Part shown: positions 1 to 9,436 of the stretch, piece by piece | Layout of the letters: the number at the start of each line of letters is the position of its first letter | Numbering within the stretch: position 1 is the stretch's first letter | From: an uncultured Anaerolineales bacterium | Lineage (GTDB): Bacteria; Chloroflexota; Anaerolineae; B4-G1; SLSP01 | Length of the DNA: 64,000 nt | Assembly (NCBI GenBank): GCA_964530185.1 | Contig: CAZHBB010000003.1 | Span: 13,563 to 77,562, forward strand | Direction of reading: 5' to 3' | The notes under the pieces: generated by a model | Seen by the model: the letters and a program-made list of their open reading frames with translations, nothing else | Told to the model about the DNA's origin: nothing | Databases searched by the model: none | Translations under genes and position numbers: made by a program

Positions 1-253
1 AGTCAACCTGGCCCTGGGCGTCGCAGGGATGCAGCCACTTCTCGACCTGCGTGGATTGCAGGATCGTCACGGCTACCGGCTGCGTACGACAAGAGTCGCC
101 CGCGCCGATGAACTGGCCGCTGCCGCCGGCTTACTGAGTGGGCAAGCCGCCGAAGGACTGCCGGTCGTCCTGATCCGCGGCGTGGCGTACCAGCCTGGCA
201 ACGGAAGAGCCGTCGACATGCAGCGATCCATTGAGAAGGATCTCTTCCGCTGA
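1..253 (+). CDS. C-terminal fragment of a likely coenzyme F420-0:L-glutamate ligase (CofE/FbiB-like); the 5' end lies outside the window
   Basis: The open frame enters from the window edge. Its translated end contains [11 protein letters not shown]...GLPVVLIRG, which resembles the conserved C-terminal region of CofE. It sits immediately upstream of a luciferase-like F420-type oxidoreductase. Confidence 0.4.
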   Translation, partial: VNLALGVAGMQPLLDLRGLQDRHGYRLRTTRVARADELAAAAGLLSGQAAEGLPVVLIRGVAYQPGNGRAVDMQRSIEKDLFR

Positions 254-296
254 TGACTGTAACATATTTGTCGAGCGATGGTTTAAGGAGGTAGCG

Positions 297-1304
297 ATGG
301 CTCAGAATGAAATCCCACGAGTGGCGCTTTACCTGCAGGATGCCCACCCCATCCGCGATGGTATGGAATACGCGAAATACGCGGAGGCCAGAGGCTTCGA
401 GGCAGTATGGCAGGCGGAGAGCCGTCTGGTACGCGACGCGATCGTCCCTATGGCTGCCTACGCGGCGGTGACTGAGCGCATCAAGGTGGGAAGCGGCGTG
501 ATCAACAACTGGACCCGCAACATCGGTTTATTGGCGGCCACGTTCCTGACTTTGGACGACCTGGCACCCGATCGCATCATCTGCGGTATCGGTGCGTGGT
601 GGGATCCCCTGGCACGCAACGTGGGCATTCAGCGACGCAAGCCCCTCAAGGCCATGCGCGAAACCGTCTACGTGTTGCGCAAATTGCTGGCGATGGAGCG
701 CGTTACATTCCATGGTGAGTTTCACCATGTCACCGACATCGAACTTGACGTTGTCCACGGACGCCGCGAGCCCCGCAATGTGGCCATCATGATCGGAGCC
801 ACGGGCCCTCGAATGCTTGAACTGACGGGCGAGATTGCGGACGGGGTTGTGCTCAACTACTGCGTACCCCCCGAATACAATGATGTCGCACTCGAACACC
901 TGGCGAGAGGGGCCCGGAAAGCCGGACGAACTCTGGATGACCTTGACAGGCCGCAACTGGTTGTGTGCTCTGTCCATGAGGACCGCGCCGAGGCGATTCG
1001 CGGTGCCAAGATGCTTCTCACCCAGTACCTCGCTCAGCAGCCACACATTGCCAAGGCAAGCGGAGTCAAACCGGAGGTTGTCCAGAAGATCCAAGCGATC
1101 CTTGGCTGGCCAGCCACGAAAGAGCAGATTGAAAGGGCGATGGTCTACGTGCCTGATGAGCTAGTCTTGCGCATCACTGCAACTGGCACCCCGGAGGAGG
1201 TACGGGCCAAGGTCAAACGATACCTGGACCATGGTGCGACCTGTCCCATCCTCTATCCCCTGGGCGACCCTCGACTGATGATCGACACGTTCGCCACTCA
1301 ATAG
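297..1304 (+). CDS. Luciferase-like monooxygenase (LLM) family oxidoreductase, probably F420-dependent
   Basis: The length is about 335 aa and the sequence has LLM-family TIM-barrel character. The preferred start is at [13 protein letters not shown], preceded by an AAGGAGG RBS; the ORF-track start at 231 is less likely. The adjacent cofE-like gene supports F420 dependence. Confidence 0.7.
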   Translation: MAQNEIPRVALYLQDAHPIRDGMEYAKYAEARGFEAVWQAESRLVRDAIVPMAAYAAVTERIKVGSGVINNWTRNIGLLAATFLTLDDLAPDRIICGIGAWWDPLARNVGIQRRKPLKAMRETVYVLRKLLAMERVTFHGEFHHVTDIELDVVHGRREPRNVAIMIGATGPRMLELTGEIADGVVLNYCVPPEYNDVALEHLARGARKAGRTLDDLDRPQLVVCSVHEDRAEAIRGAKMLLTQYLAQQPHIAKASGVKPEVVQKIQAILGWPATKEQIERAMVYVPDELVLRITATGTPEEVRAKVKRYLDHGATCPILYPLGDPRLMIDTFATQ

Positions 1305-1311
1305 CCCAGTC

Positions 1312-2136
1312 TCATCCGCCGCGCACCAGGGGAAGCACCAGACAGCTTGGGCCACCGGTGCTTCCCACAAAGGCCGAGAGGTCCAGAGCAGTTACCTGTC
1401 GCCCGTGCGCCTCCAGGGCAGCAATAGCTGCCCGGTTGCGGGCCTCGGCAATCACATGCACACTGTCCACGACGATCACATTGCCACTGATGAAACTGAG
1501 TTGCGGCACGTCGATCGTCTCAAGCCCTGCCAGAGCATCTGACGGCAACACACTTGAGCAGGCGAGAACTGATCGAGGGCCGATCGCAGTGACCACACCC
1601 CCCAGATGTAACGAGGGAGAGGGCACCGAGACCTGACGTACTTCGTACCCCTGTGAGGACAGGATAGATGCTAACTGTCGAACGCCCTCATCGTTGGTAC
1701 GTCGTGATCGCCCCACTAATGCAATGCCATCAAGTAACACGACGTCCCCACCCTCAGCCGTGCCTGGCTGAAGGATCCGCCTCAGCTCGTCTAGTCCCTG
1801 GTCCTGTAAGAGCCCTGCCAGCCAGGCCGGCTCACCTCTTCGAGTTGGCAATCCCATGCACATGCGGACGAAGTATCGGCCAACGACCACTGCCGGGTCT
1901 TGCACAAAGACGCTGTTTGGGTGCCCAGGCATCTCGGGGCGTAACACAACCTCAACGCCCAAATTCACCAATGTCTCGCATAGAGCGCCATGTTGATACT
2001 GTGCCAACGCCAGATCCGGCGGCTGACGAAAGTTGTGAGCAGCGAGGTCAGTGACACCACCAAACGCTGGCCCTGGAGATATCAACAAAGCCCGGCGAAG
2101 CGAAGTTGCATCATGCCACATGACGCACAGGCTCAC
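1312..2136 (-). CDS. Amidinotransferase-superfamily protein (dimethylarginine dimethylaminohydrolase/arginine deiminase-like)
   Basis: 274 aa with a C-terminal GGPSC motif consistent with the catalytic Cys of the DDAH-like fold. It overlaps the upstream M20 hydrolase gene, suggesting co-transcription. The start is uncertain: GTG at 2136 or ATG at 2121. Confidence 0.5.
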   Translation of the reverse strand: MSLCVMWHDATSLRRALLISPGPAFGGVTDLAAHNFRQPPDLALAQYQHGALCETLVNLGVEVVLRPEMPGHPNSVFVQDPAVVVGRYFVRMCMGLPTRRGEPAWLAGLLQDQGLDELRRILQPGTAEGGDVVLLDGIALVGRSRRTNDEGVRQLASILSSQGYEVRQVSVPSPSLHLGGVVTAIGPRSVLACSSVLPSDALAGLETIDVPQLSFISGNVIVVDSVHVIAEARNRAAIAALEAHGRQVTALDLSAFVGSTGGPSCLVLPLVRGG

Positions 2137-3442
2137 GCAGTAGTTCGATGACCAGCGCTCCCAGCAACCTCACGCCCAACGGCAAGGCGCGCTCGTCGAA
2201 GTCAAAGACCTCCGTGTGATGCCCCCATCCACCGAGGTCAGCCCCCAATCCGATATTGACAGCCGATCCACCCCGCTCCTGCACACGGCGCATCATATAG
2301 GTGAAGTCTTCACTACCGCCGCTCGCGCAGGACTGACGGTACTCATAGCCTCCAAGTCGCTCCGCGACGGACCAGACCCGCTCTGCCAGCCGCGCGTCAC
2401 TCTCAGCCGATTCCGCGCTGCCTCTGGGTATAATGGTCAGCTCGCACTGATACATTGCAGCGGCTGCTTCCAGCACCCGGAGCGCTGAAGCGTACATATA
2501 TTCATTCAATGCCGAAGTAGCGCCGCGCGTCTCGACCACCAACTGCGCCTCCGGAGGGATCACGTTGCGCCCTTGACCGGCAATCAATGTCCCCACGTTG
2601 ATCCGGGTGGCTCCTGCTCGGTGTCTTGGGATGGCATGAAGATTGAGTACGGCCGTAGCTGCGGCCAGAAGAGCATTCTTTCCCCCCTCAGGATGTCCAC
2701 CAGCGTGGGCCGGGGCGCCCTGGAACCGAACATCGAACTTCGTTGTAGCGAAGAACCCACTTCGCCCAGGTGCTAGGTGCCCCAGCGGCCAACCGCTGTA
2801 TAGGTGCAGGCCTAGCATCACATCGACATCGTCGACAACGCCTGCCTCGACCATTGCCCTGGCACCACGCACCCCCTCCTCAGCGGGCTGAAAGACCAGC
2901 TTGACAGTCCCAGACGGTACCTCACCGAGCTGCGTAAGCAGCTCTGCCACGCCCAACCCGATGGCTGCGTGTCCATCGTGACCACACGCATGAGTTGCGC
3001 CTTCATTGATTGAGGCAAAACCCTCGGCCGCCGGGCGATGAGAAGGGGCTTTGCTTTCCACCAGATCCAGTGCATCGATGTCGAAGCGGAGCCCTACCAC
3101 AGGGCCTGGCCCACGGTGGAGGATACCAACCACACCCGTAAAACCACCACGCATCCTGCCCAGAAACTCAGGGTCCCCACCTTGCGCTGATGCTCGATGC
3201 CACTGAGCCTCCAGCTCCCCGGGAGAGGGCAGTCCCATTCGCGCACCTGGCTCGAGCACCTCTGGCCCCACTCTGACCTCAAATCCAAGCTCACAGAGCC
3301 GGCGTGCAATAAGGGAGGCGGTACGAAACTCTGTCCACCCAGTCTCCGCGAAGCGATGGAAGTCGCGACGGTCAGCTACCAGCCTGGGGGCCAAGCGGGC
3401 CACACAGTGTTCGAGGGTCTCAAGCTCAGATTGTGACAGCAT
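2111..3442 (-). CDS. M20 family metallo-amidohydrolase (aminoacylase / hippurate hydrolase-like)
   Basis: 443 aa with an ACGHDGH metal-binding motif and M20/ArgE/DapE-like organisation. Confidence 0.8.
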   Translation of the reverse strand: MLSQSELETLEHCVARLAPRLVADRRDFHRFAETGWTEFRTASLIARRLCELGFEVRVGPEVLEPGARMGLPSPGELEAQWHRASAQGGDPEFLGRMRGGFTGVVGILHRGPGPVVGLRFDIDALDLVESKAPSHRPAAEGFASINEGATHACGHDGHAAIGLGVAELLTQLGEVPSGTVKLVFQPAEEGVRGARAMVEAGVVDDVDVMLGLHLYSGWPLGHLAPGRSGFFATTKFDVRFQGAPAHAGGHPEGGKNALLAAATAVLNLHAIPRHRAGATRINVGTLIAGQGRNVIPPEAQLVVETRGATSALNEYMYASALRVLEAAAAMYQCELTIIPRGSAESAESDARLAERVWSVAERLGGYEYRQSCASGGSEDFTYMMRRVQERGGSAVNIGLGADLGGWGHHTEVFDFDERALPLGVRLLGALVIELLREPVRHVA

Positions 3443-3455
3443 GGATAAGCTCTAG

Positions 3456-4250
3456 TCAATGGGGGTCAGGTAGGCGAAGCTCATCGCAGCTCTCGGCAAG
3501 CGAACACCCGCCGCATGTCGCACAGCCAGTAGGCATTGTCGAAGCCAAGTCTATCTCGTGAGTATGCGCAGCCGGAGGCGGCGCGAACAGGATGATCTGC
3601 CGGAGAACCTCCACCGCTTCAAGAGCATCCTCGCAATAATAGACCCCACCCCAGTAAGGCTCGCCCCCTCCAGGTGTAGCGACCCAACGGGCGAACGCTT
3701 CATCGACTGCAGGGCCACCCAGAAGCACAGGAGTACGCAGGCGGCGCCGCTGCAGCAATGAGACAAAAGTCTGAACGTGGGAGCGAGCAAGTCGGCTGTC
3801 CAGATAAAGCCCAAAAGCGTCCACATTCAGCGCCGAGCCCCGAGCTACGGCGATCGCCGGGGGACGTCGTCCGAGATCGTGCACGGTCAGACCGTGTCGT
3901 CTCAGGACAGCGTGCCACAGATAGCGCCCCACATCATGCCTGTCCCCCGCCATCGTCACCAGCGCGATCGAGCCTTCCAGGGACTCAACATCCTCCTGCG
4001 GGGCGTCCTCACAGCCACGAATCAAGGTCACGGCCACTCCTCGCAGGGCATCGGCCACCAGCCGTGCCTCATGGGGGTCAAATTGCGCCAATGACCGCTC
4101 ACCCTCTACCAGCACCACTTCCAGCACTTCGGTGTCGAAACTCGCATCACAGCAGGCCTCAAGGGCCGCCACCACGCCGGTGGCATCTCCCTGGCGTAAC
4201 GCTGTTCGGAGACGCAGAGGGCTTCCCTCTTGCTCTATATCTTTGGACAT
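3456..4250 (-). CDS. Cobalamin (B12)-binding domain protein with an N-terminal helical cap and a C-terminal Cys cluster
   Basis: Contains the canonical DxHxxG motif (MAGDRHDVG) followed by LLGG, typical of a B12-binding Rossmann domain. The preceding roughly 95 aa are helical (B12-binding_2-like). The C-terminus has CATCGGCSLAESC. There is no HTH domain. Confidence 0.6.
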   Translation of the reverse strand: MSKDIEQEGSPLRLRTALRQGDATGVVAALEACCDASFDTEVLEVVLVEGERSLAQFDPHEARLVADALRGVAVTLIRGCEDAPQEDVESLEGSIALVTMAGDRHDVGRYLWHAVLRRHGLTVHDLGRRPPAIAVARGSALNVDAFGLYLDSRLARSHVQTFVSLLQRRRLRTPVLLGGPAVDEAFARWVATPGGGEPYWGGVYYCEDALEAVEVLRQIILFAPPPAAHTHEIDLASTMPTGCATCGGCSLAESCDELRLPDPH

Positions 4251-4526
4251 AGGTTTACCTCCCCCACAATCATAACACCAATCACGCCTCAGACTACGTC
4301 CACCTATCAGGGGACAACGGGAGCAGTGATCTCAAAAAGGGAATGAGTCTGATGAATTGGCCCGCCTCTCCAGCACTGGAAGCTATCGCAACCTATGGTA
4401 TGATGGATCATACCCTTTGGAAAGCAACAAAGCGTGAGTGCATACCCGGCCCCGGCCGAGAGGCCGCATCGGATACCCGTAAAGCGTAATGTCCGATCCC
4501 AAGCATCTAGGAGGAGCGACACAGCA

Positions 4527-5873
4527 ATGAAGAACATCGCTTTAATTGGTGTTGGCTACGTTGGGCTCGTCAGTGGAGCCTGCTTCGCAGACCTTGGCAA
4601 CAAGGTCACATGTGTGGATATCGACGAGCGCCGCATTGCCAATTTGAACAAAGGCGTAATGCCCATCTTCGAGCCTGGTCTCGAGGAGCTTGTCCGTCGC
4701 AACACAAAGGCTGGACGCCTCTTCTTCACCACATCCTACGAAGAAGCGCTAAAGGACGCCAACTTTGCCTTCATCGCCGTCGGCACACCATCGGACGTCG
4801 ACGGTCAGGCCGATCTGCGCTATGTCCGAATGGCTGCAGAGTCCATAGCTGATGTCATTGACCACTATCTGATCATCGTCAACAAATCGACTGTGCCTGT
4901 GGGAACTGGCGACTGGGTCGCAGACATCATCCGAATGCGACGGCCCGATGTGCCAGACTTCGATGTTGTGTCCTGTCCCGAATTTCTCCGCGAGGGATCA
5001 GCCATCAGCGATTTCATGAACCCAGACCGGGTGATCCTAGGCTCCACAAACCGTGACGCAGCCGAAAAGGTCGCTCAGCTCCATCTGCCCCTGCGTACAA
5101 CCATCATGATCACTGACCTGCGTACCGCCGAGATGATCAAATACGCGTCCAACGCCTTTCTCGCCGCCAAGATCTCATTCATCAACGAGATCGCCAACAT
5201 CTGCGAGGCGCTGGGGGCTGATGTCAAAGAAGTCGCTTACGGCATGGGGCTGGATGACCGCATCGGCCATGCGTTCCTGGACGCTGGGTTGGGATGGGGC
5301 GGATCCTGCTTCCCCAAAGACGTCAAAGCCCTGGCTTCCATGGCCGAGATTGAGGGACGCCATCCCCATCTTCTCCATGCAGTCATGGATATCAATCGGG
5401 ACCAACGCTATGCGCCGCTCCGCAAGGCAGAACGTCTCCTGGGCCATGACCTTCGGGGCAAGGTCATTGGTATTCTGGGACTGGCATTCAAGCCCAACAC
5501 CGATGACATGCGGGATGCTCCCTCTATCGACATTATTCGCAACTTCCAGCGCCGCGGTGCGCTGGTCCGCGCTTATGACCCCGTCGCCATGGATAATGCG
5601 GCCCAAATCCTGGACGGCGTCGAGATGATGGAAAGCGCCTATGCGGTAGCGGAGGGCGCAGACGCGTTGGTACTGGTCACAGAATGGAACGAGTTCAAGA
5701 ACCTGGACCTGGAACGCGTTCGTGACCTGATGCGCCAACCTGTGCTCATCGACGGGCGTAACATTTACGACCCGACCCAAGCCCGCGAAGCAGGGTTCCG
5801 TTATTCGGGCATTGGACGCGGTTTTGAAGGACGCGGGGTCCGGGATCCCTGGCAGGCCGACGAGGCCTCTTGA
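4527..5873 (+). CDS. ugd: UDP-glucose 6-dehydrogenase
   Basis: The N-terminus [25 protein letters not shown] is a Rossmann fold, and a catalytic Cys region (GGSCFPKD) is present, giving UDP-glucose/GDP-mannose dehydrogenase family architecture. An AGGAGG RBS lies upstream of the ATG at 4527; the ORF-track start at 4434 lacks an RBS. Confidence 0.85.
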   Translation: MKNIALIGVGYVGLVSGACFADLGNKVTCVDIDERRIANLNKGVMPIFEPGLEELVRRNTKAGRLFFTTSYEEALKDANFAFIAVGTPSDVDGQADLRYVRMAAESIADVIDHYLIIVNKSTVPVGTGDWVADIIRMRRPDVPDFDVVSCPEFLREGSAISDFMNPDRVILGSTNRDAAEKVAQLHLPLRTTIMITDLRTAEMIKYASNAFLAAKISFINEIANICEALGADVKEVAYGMGLDDRIGHAFLDAGLGWGGSCFPKDVKALASMAEIEGRHPHLLHAVMDINRDQRYAPLRKAERLLGHDLRGKVIGILGLAFKPNTDDMRDAPSIDIIRNFQRRGALVRAYDPVAMDNAAQILDGVEMMESAYAVAEGADALVLVTEWNEFKNLDLERVRDLMRQPVLIDGRNIYDPTQAREAGFRYSGIGRGFEGRGVRDPWQADEAS

Positions 5874-5920
5874 CACGCCATGCTGGGCCAGTGACGGCCA
5901 CCTCCGAGAAGGTTGCGATA

Positions 5921-7198
5921 GTGATTCTGCGACAAGAGATCCTGGACAATGGACTCAAGGTGCTGATCAGAGAGGTCCACACAGCTCCAGTGGTCAGTGT
6001 GCGCGTCTGGTACCGCGTGGGAGCACGATACGAGAAGCTGGGGATCACAGGTGCCTCCCACTGGGTGGAACATGTGCTCTTCCGAGGCACCCCGCGTTGG
6101 CCCTCTGGAGAAGCAGACCGAGCTATCTCGCGCCAGGGGGGTGTTTACAATGGCGTGACGTCTCACGACTTCACTGTCTTCTACGAAACACTACCCGCCT
6201 CAAGCCTGGCGCTGGCGATTGACATCGAGGCCGATCGTATGGCCTATGTCACTCTCGATCCCAGCGCTATTGAGAAGGAACGGGCCATCATTATCGCCGA
6301 ACGCCAGGGCAATGAGAACTCCCCTATGTTCCGCCTGACAGAGGAGATCTCCGCTACCGCCTACAGAGTTCATCCTTACGGCCACATGACCATCGGCCAT
6401 CTCTGTGACCTGGAATCCATGACTACGGCAGAGGTACAACATCATCACGCGACCTATTACGGCCCCAACAACGCAATCGTGACCATTGCTGGCGACGTGG
6501 ACGCAGAGCGAGCCCTGGCGCAGGTCGCACAGGTATTTGCTCCCATCCCCCGCGGCCCGGATCCAAGGGAAGTGAAAGCTGTTGAACCGCCTCAGCGAGG
6601 TGAGCGCCAGGTTGTCGTTCGCGGAGCAGGGAGTACCAACTACCTGGAAATCGCCTATCACGCCCCACCAGCCAGCGATCCAGATTTCCAGGCCCTGACC
6701 GTTTTGAATGCGATCCTGAGTGGTGGCTCCGGCTTTGTGATTGGAGGCGGGCACACCACAAATGTCACCAGCCGGCTATACCGGGCGCTGGTTGACACGC
6801 GGATGGTCGTCGATGTAGGCGGGTACCTCACACCCACCATCGATCCCGGCCTCCTGCGCTTTAGCGCCACGCTTGCTCAAGACCAGCAGACTGAGTCAGT
6901 GGTCGCCCGTTTCGAAGAGGAAATCGCGCGCCTCCGGAGTGATCCAGTACACCAAAGCGAGCTTGAAAAAGCTCAACGCCAGGCTCAGGCGCTCTTTGCC
7001 TACGCCAGTGAGAGCATTTCGAGCCAGGCCTTTTGGCTGGGGTTTGCGGAGATCGTGGCCGACCAAACGTGGTTCGAGAACTATCTACAGGACATCGCAT
7101 CCATCACAGCCGACGATATTCAGCGGGTGGCCCAGCAATACCTGACACCGTGCAATCGCACTGTGGGACTCTACCTGACAGACAAAGGAGAGTGTTGA
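5921..7198 (+). CDS. M16 family zinc peptidase (pitrilysin/insulinase-like), active subunit
   Basis: The inverted zinc-binding motif HWVEHVLFRGT (HxxEH) is present. The probable GTG start at 5921 is preceded by GAGAAGG and gives the typical N-terminus MILRQEILDNGLKV. The ORF-track start at 5870 overlaps the ugd stop. Confidence 0.75.
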   Translation: MILRQEILDNGLKVLIREVHTAPVVSVRVWYRVGARYEKLGITGASHWVEHVLFRGTPRWPSGEADRAISRQGGVYNGVTSHDFTVFYETLPASSLALAIDIEADRMAYVTLDPSAIEKERAIIIAERQGNENSPMFRLTEEISATAYRVHPYGHMTIGHLCDLESMTTAEVQHHHATYYGPNNAIVTIAGDVDAERALAQVAQVFAPIPRGPDPREVKAVEPPQRGERQVVVRGAGSTNYLEIAYHAPPASDPDFQALTVLNAILSGGSGFVIGGGHTTNVTSRLYRALVDTRMVVDVGGYLTPTIDPGLLRFSATLAQDQQTESVVARFEEEIARLRSDPVHQSELEKAQRQAQALFAYASESISSQAFWLGFAEIVADQTWFENYLQDIASITADDIQRVAQQYLTPCNRTVGLYLTDKGEC

Positions 7199-7199
7199 G

Positions 7200-8513
7200 A
7201 TGGCAGCGCGCCAATCCCCAGTCACCCTATCCCCTCATGCCCTCCCTGGTCCCAGTAACACCCTGCGCGAGACGCTGCCCAACGGTCTCACCGTGCTGAT
7301 CCGCGAGAACCCTACGAGTCCGAGCGTGGTCATCAGCGGTTACGTTCTGGCAGGAGCTGAGGATGAACCCAGGGATAAGTCCGGCCTGGCGAGCTTCACT
7401 GCCGATGTCATGGAGCGCGGCACCCGTCGACGTCCCTTCTCCGTGCTCTACGAGGAGATCGAATCCATTGGAGCGTCTTTCGGTGTCACAGGAAGCACCC
7501 ACCTGACGCTCTTCGGAGCCAAAGGACTTAGCGAACATCTCCCTCTCCTGCTCGATATCCTGGCCGACGTGCTCCAACACCCGGCGTTTGAGACGCAGGA
7601 GGTCGAGAAGGTACGCGAGGAGATCCTGATTACCCTGCAAGAACGCGCCAACGATACCCGCCAGACCACGCGGCTTCGCCTCAGGCAATTGGCATACCCA
7701 CCAGAGCATCCGTACCATTGGAGTCTATTAGGAGATCCCAAGACCGTGCGCGCACTTTCACGGGAGGATCTACTCGCATTTCACTCTACTTACATTGCCC
7801 CACAAGGGGGCGTGCTAGTCATCGTTGGTGACGTACAACCACAGATTGCACTGGAGGCAGTCCACAGAGCGTTCGGAGCGTGGCAAAAGACCCGACCGCC
7901 TCGCCAGATGCCTCCTCCCGTTCCCAACATCCGCCAGCGGCGCCGAGACCACGTGACGCTGGCTGATAAATCCCAGATCAGCTTTCGCTTGGGATGGATT
8001 GGCCCCAGCCGCTATCACCCCGACTACCTATCTTGTCACGTCGCCAACACCATTCTGGGCGTGTTCGGCATGTATGGCCGTCTGGGAAAGCGCCTCAGAG
8101 AACAACATGGCCTCGCTTATTATGTCTCCAGCCATGTCAACAGCAGCCCTTACCCTGGCCTTTGGTCGATCTCCGCGGGCTTGGATCCGGACGCGGTCCA
8201 ACGGGCGAGGGCGATCATCCTCCAAGAGGTACAGGAACTCCAGGATCGACCTGTCAGCCTACAGGAGTTAGAGGACGTCCAGGCCTATTTAGTGGGCGGG
8301 CTTCCTCTGGCACTAGAGACCAATGAGGGTGTTGCCAGTGGCCTGGTAGGCATCGAGCGTTACGGGTTGGGCCTGGATTATTTCCACCGGTACAGTGATA
8401 TGATTTACGCAATCAGCCCCCAGGACGTGCAGCGTGTGGCTCGGTCATGGCTCGACAGCGATCACTACATCCTGGTAACTGCTGGACCTCGATTACCCTG
8501 TTTTACGGAGTGA
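7200..8513 (+). CDS. M16 family peptidase-like protein (probable non-catalytic partner subunit)
   Basis: It is a paralogue of the upstream M16 gene with the same domain order but no HxxEH motif. The RBS is AAAGGAGAG. This is the usual two-gene M16 arrangement. Confidence 0.75.
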   Translation: MAARQSPVTLSPHALPGPSNTLRETLPNGLTVLIRENPTSPSVVISGYVLAGAEDEPRDKSGLASFTADVMERGTRRRPFSVLYEEIESIGASFGVTGSTHLTLFGAKGLSEHLPLLLDILADVLQHPAFETQEVEKVREEILITLQERANDTRQTTRLRLRQLAYPPEHPYHWSLLGDPKTVRALSREDLLAFHSTYIAPQGGVLVIVGDVQPQIALEAVHRAFGAWQKTRPPRQMPPPVPNIRQRRRDHVTLADKSQISFRLGWIGPSRYHPDYLSCHVANTILGVFGMYGRLGKRLREQHGLAYYVSSHVNSSPYPGLWSISAGLDPDAVQRARAIILQEVQELQDRPVSLQELEDVQAYLVGGLPLALETNEGVASGLVGIERYGLGLDYFHRYSDMIYAISPQDVQRVARSWLDSDHYILVTAGPRLPCFTE

Positions 8514-8520
8514 GAGGGAC

Positions 8521-8970
8521 ATGTTGATCTGTACAACAGGCGTTGACTTGGTAGAGATATCACGGGTAGGGCGTATCCTGGCCCACTATGGAGACAGATT
8601 CCTGAAGCGCATCTACACGCCTGCGGAGTTGCTCTGCAGCAAAGGGCAAGCCACCGAGTTGGCAGCCCGCTTTGCCGCCAAAGAAGCCGTCTCCAAGGCG
8701 CTCGGCGTTGGCGTCAGGCTGCTTTCCCCCTCTGGCATCGGGTGGCTTGACGTCGAGACGCTTAATGACCCTCGGGGCAAGCCCTATCTGGTCCTTCATC
8801 GTAGAGCCAGGGCCCTTGCTGCAGCCCAGGGGCTGACAACCTGGTCCATTAGCCTGAGCCATGATGGAGGCATGGCCATCGCCTTCGTGCTGGCACTTGG
8901 CCTGTCCGAGACGCCAGAAGCTGGCCTAAAGCCCACGCTAACAGCGATCCTACCAGAACGCAAGGAGTAA
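8521..8970 (+). CDS. acpS: Holo-[acyl-carrier-protein] synthase (4'-phosphopantetheinyl transferase)
   Basis: 149 aa, with the [10 protein letters not shown] motif of the AcpS family near the N-terminus. Confidence 0.85.
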   Translation: MLICTTGVDLVEISRVGRILAHYGDRFLKRIYTPAELLCSKGQATELAARFAAKEAVSKALGVGVRLLSPSGIGWLDVETLNDPRGKPYLVLHRRARALAAAQGLTTWSISLSHDGGMAIAFVLALGLSETPEAGLKPTLTAILPERKE

Positions 8971-8977
8971 CGAAATA

Positions 8978-9436
8978 ATGCGAGCAGTCATCCAACGTGT
9001 CACACGTGCTAGCGTCACTGTCGATGGTCACCAGGTCAGCGCCATCGGGCCCGGTCTTCTGGTGCTGCTGGGGATCGCCAAAGGCGACACAGAAGCCGAA
9101 GCCCAATGGCTCGCCCACAAAATCGCCAACCTGCGCATCTTCCCCGATGAGGATGGGCGCATGAATCGTTCAGTTAAAGAGACAGGAGGACAGGTGCTGA
9201 TCGTGTCTCAGTTCACGCTCTGTGCCAATACCCGCAAGGGGTTCCGTCCCTCGTTTGTCTCAGCGGCACCACCGGATATCGCCAATAGACTCGTCGAGTC
9301 CGTTATCGGCTACGTGGCAGCCGAACGAGTCCCTGTGCAGAGCGGAGTGTTTGGTGCCCACATGGAATTGGCCCTCATCAACGACGGACCTGTCACCATA
9401 GTGCTTGATAAGACCCCGCCCCCGGAAGGAAATTAG
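8978..9436 (+). CDS. dtd: D-aminoacyl-tRNA deacylase
   Basis: 152 aa, starting MRAVIQRV and containing the SQFTL motif and a C-terminal NDGPVT motif typical of Dtd. Confidence 0.85.
   Translation: MRAVIQRVTRASVTVDGHQVSAIGPGLLVLLGIAKGDTEAEAQWLAHKIANLRIFPDEDGRMNRSVKETGGQVLIVSQFTLCANTRKGFRPSFVSAAPPDIANRLVESVIGYVAAERVPVQSGVFGAHMELALINDGPVTIVLDKTPPPEGN

Noticed and set aside
528-1094. Long antisense or alternative-frame ORFs nested inside confident genes, for example 528-1094(-), 3758-4252(+), 5175-5876(-), 35291-36193(-), 52,000-52,823(+) and many of the 60-190-aa ORFs in the track
   Set aside because: In roughly 60% GC DNA, spurious long open frames are expected opposite real genes. These lack RBSs and recognisable motifs, and they overlap strongly supported CDSs.
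4251-4433. Possible cobalamin riboswitch upstream of the B12-binding gene, or a cobalamin/nickel riboswitch upstream of cbiM (40279-40373)
   Set aside because: No B12-box (GCCACTG) in the correct orientation. The leaders (about 95-180 nt) lack the conserved riboswitch core; a protein operator is more plausible.
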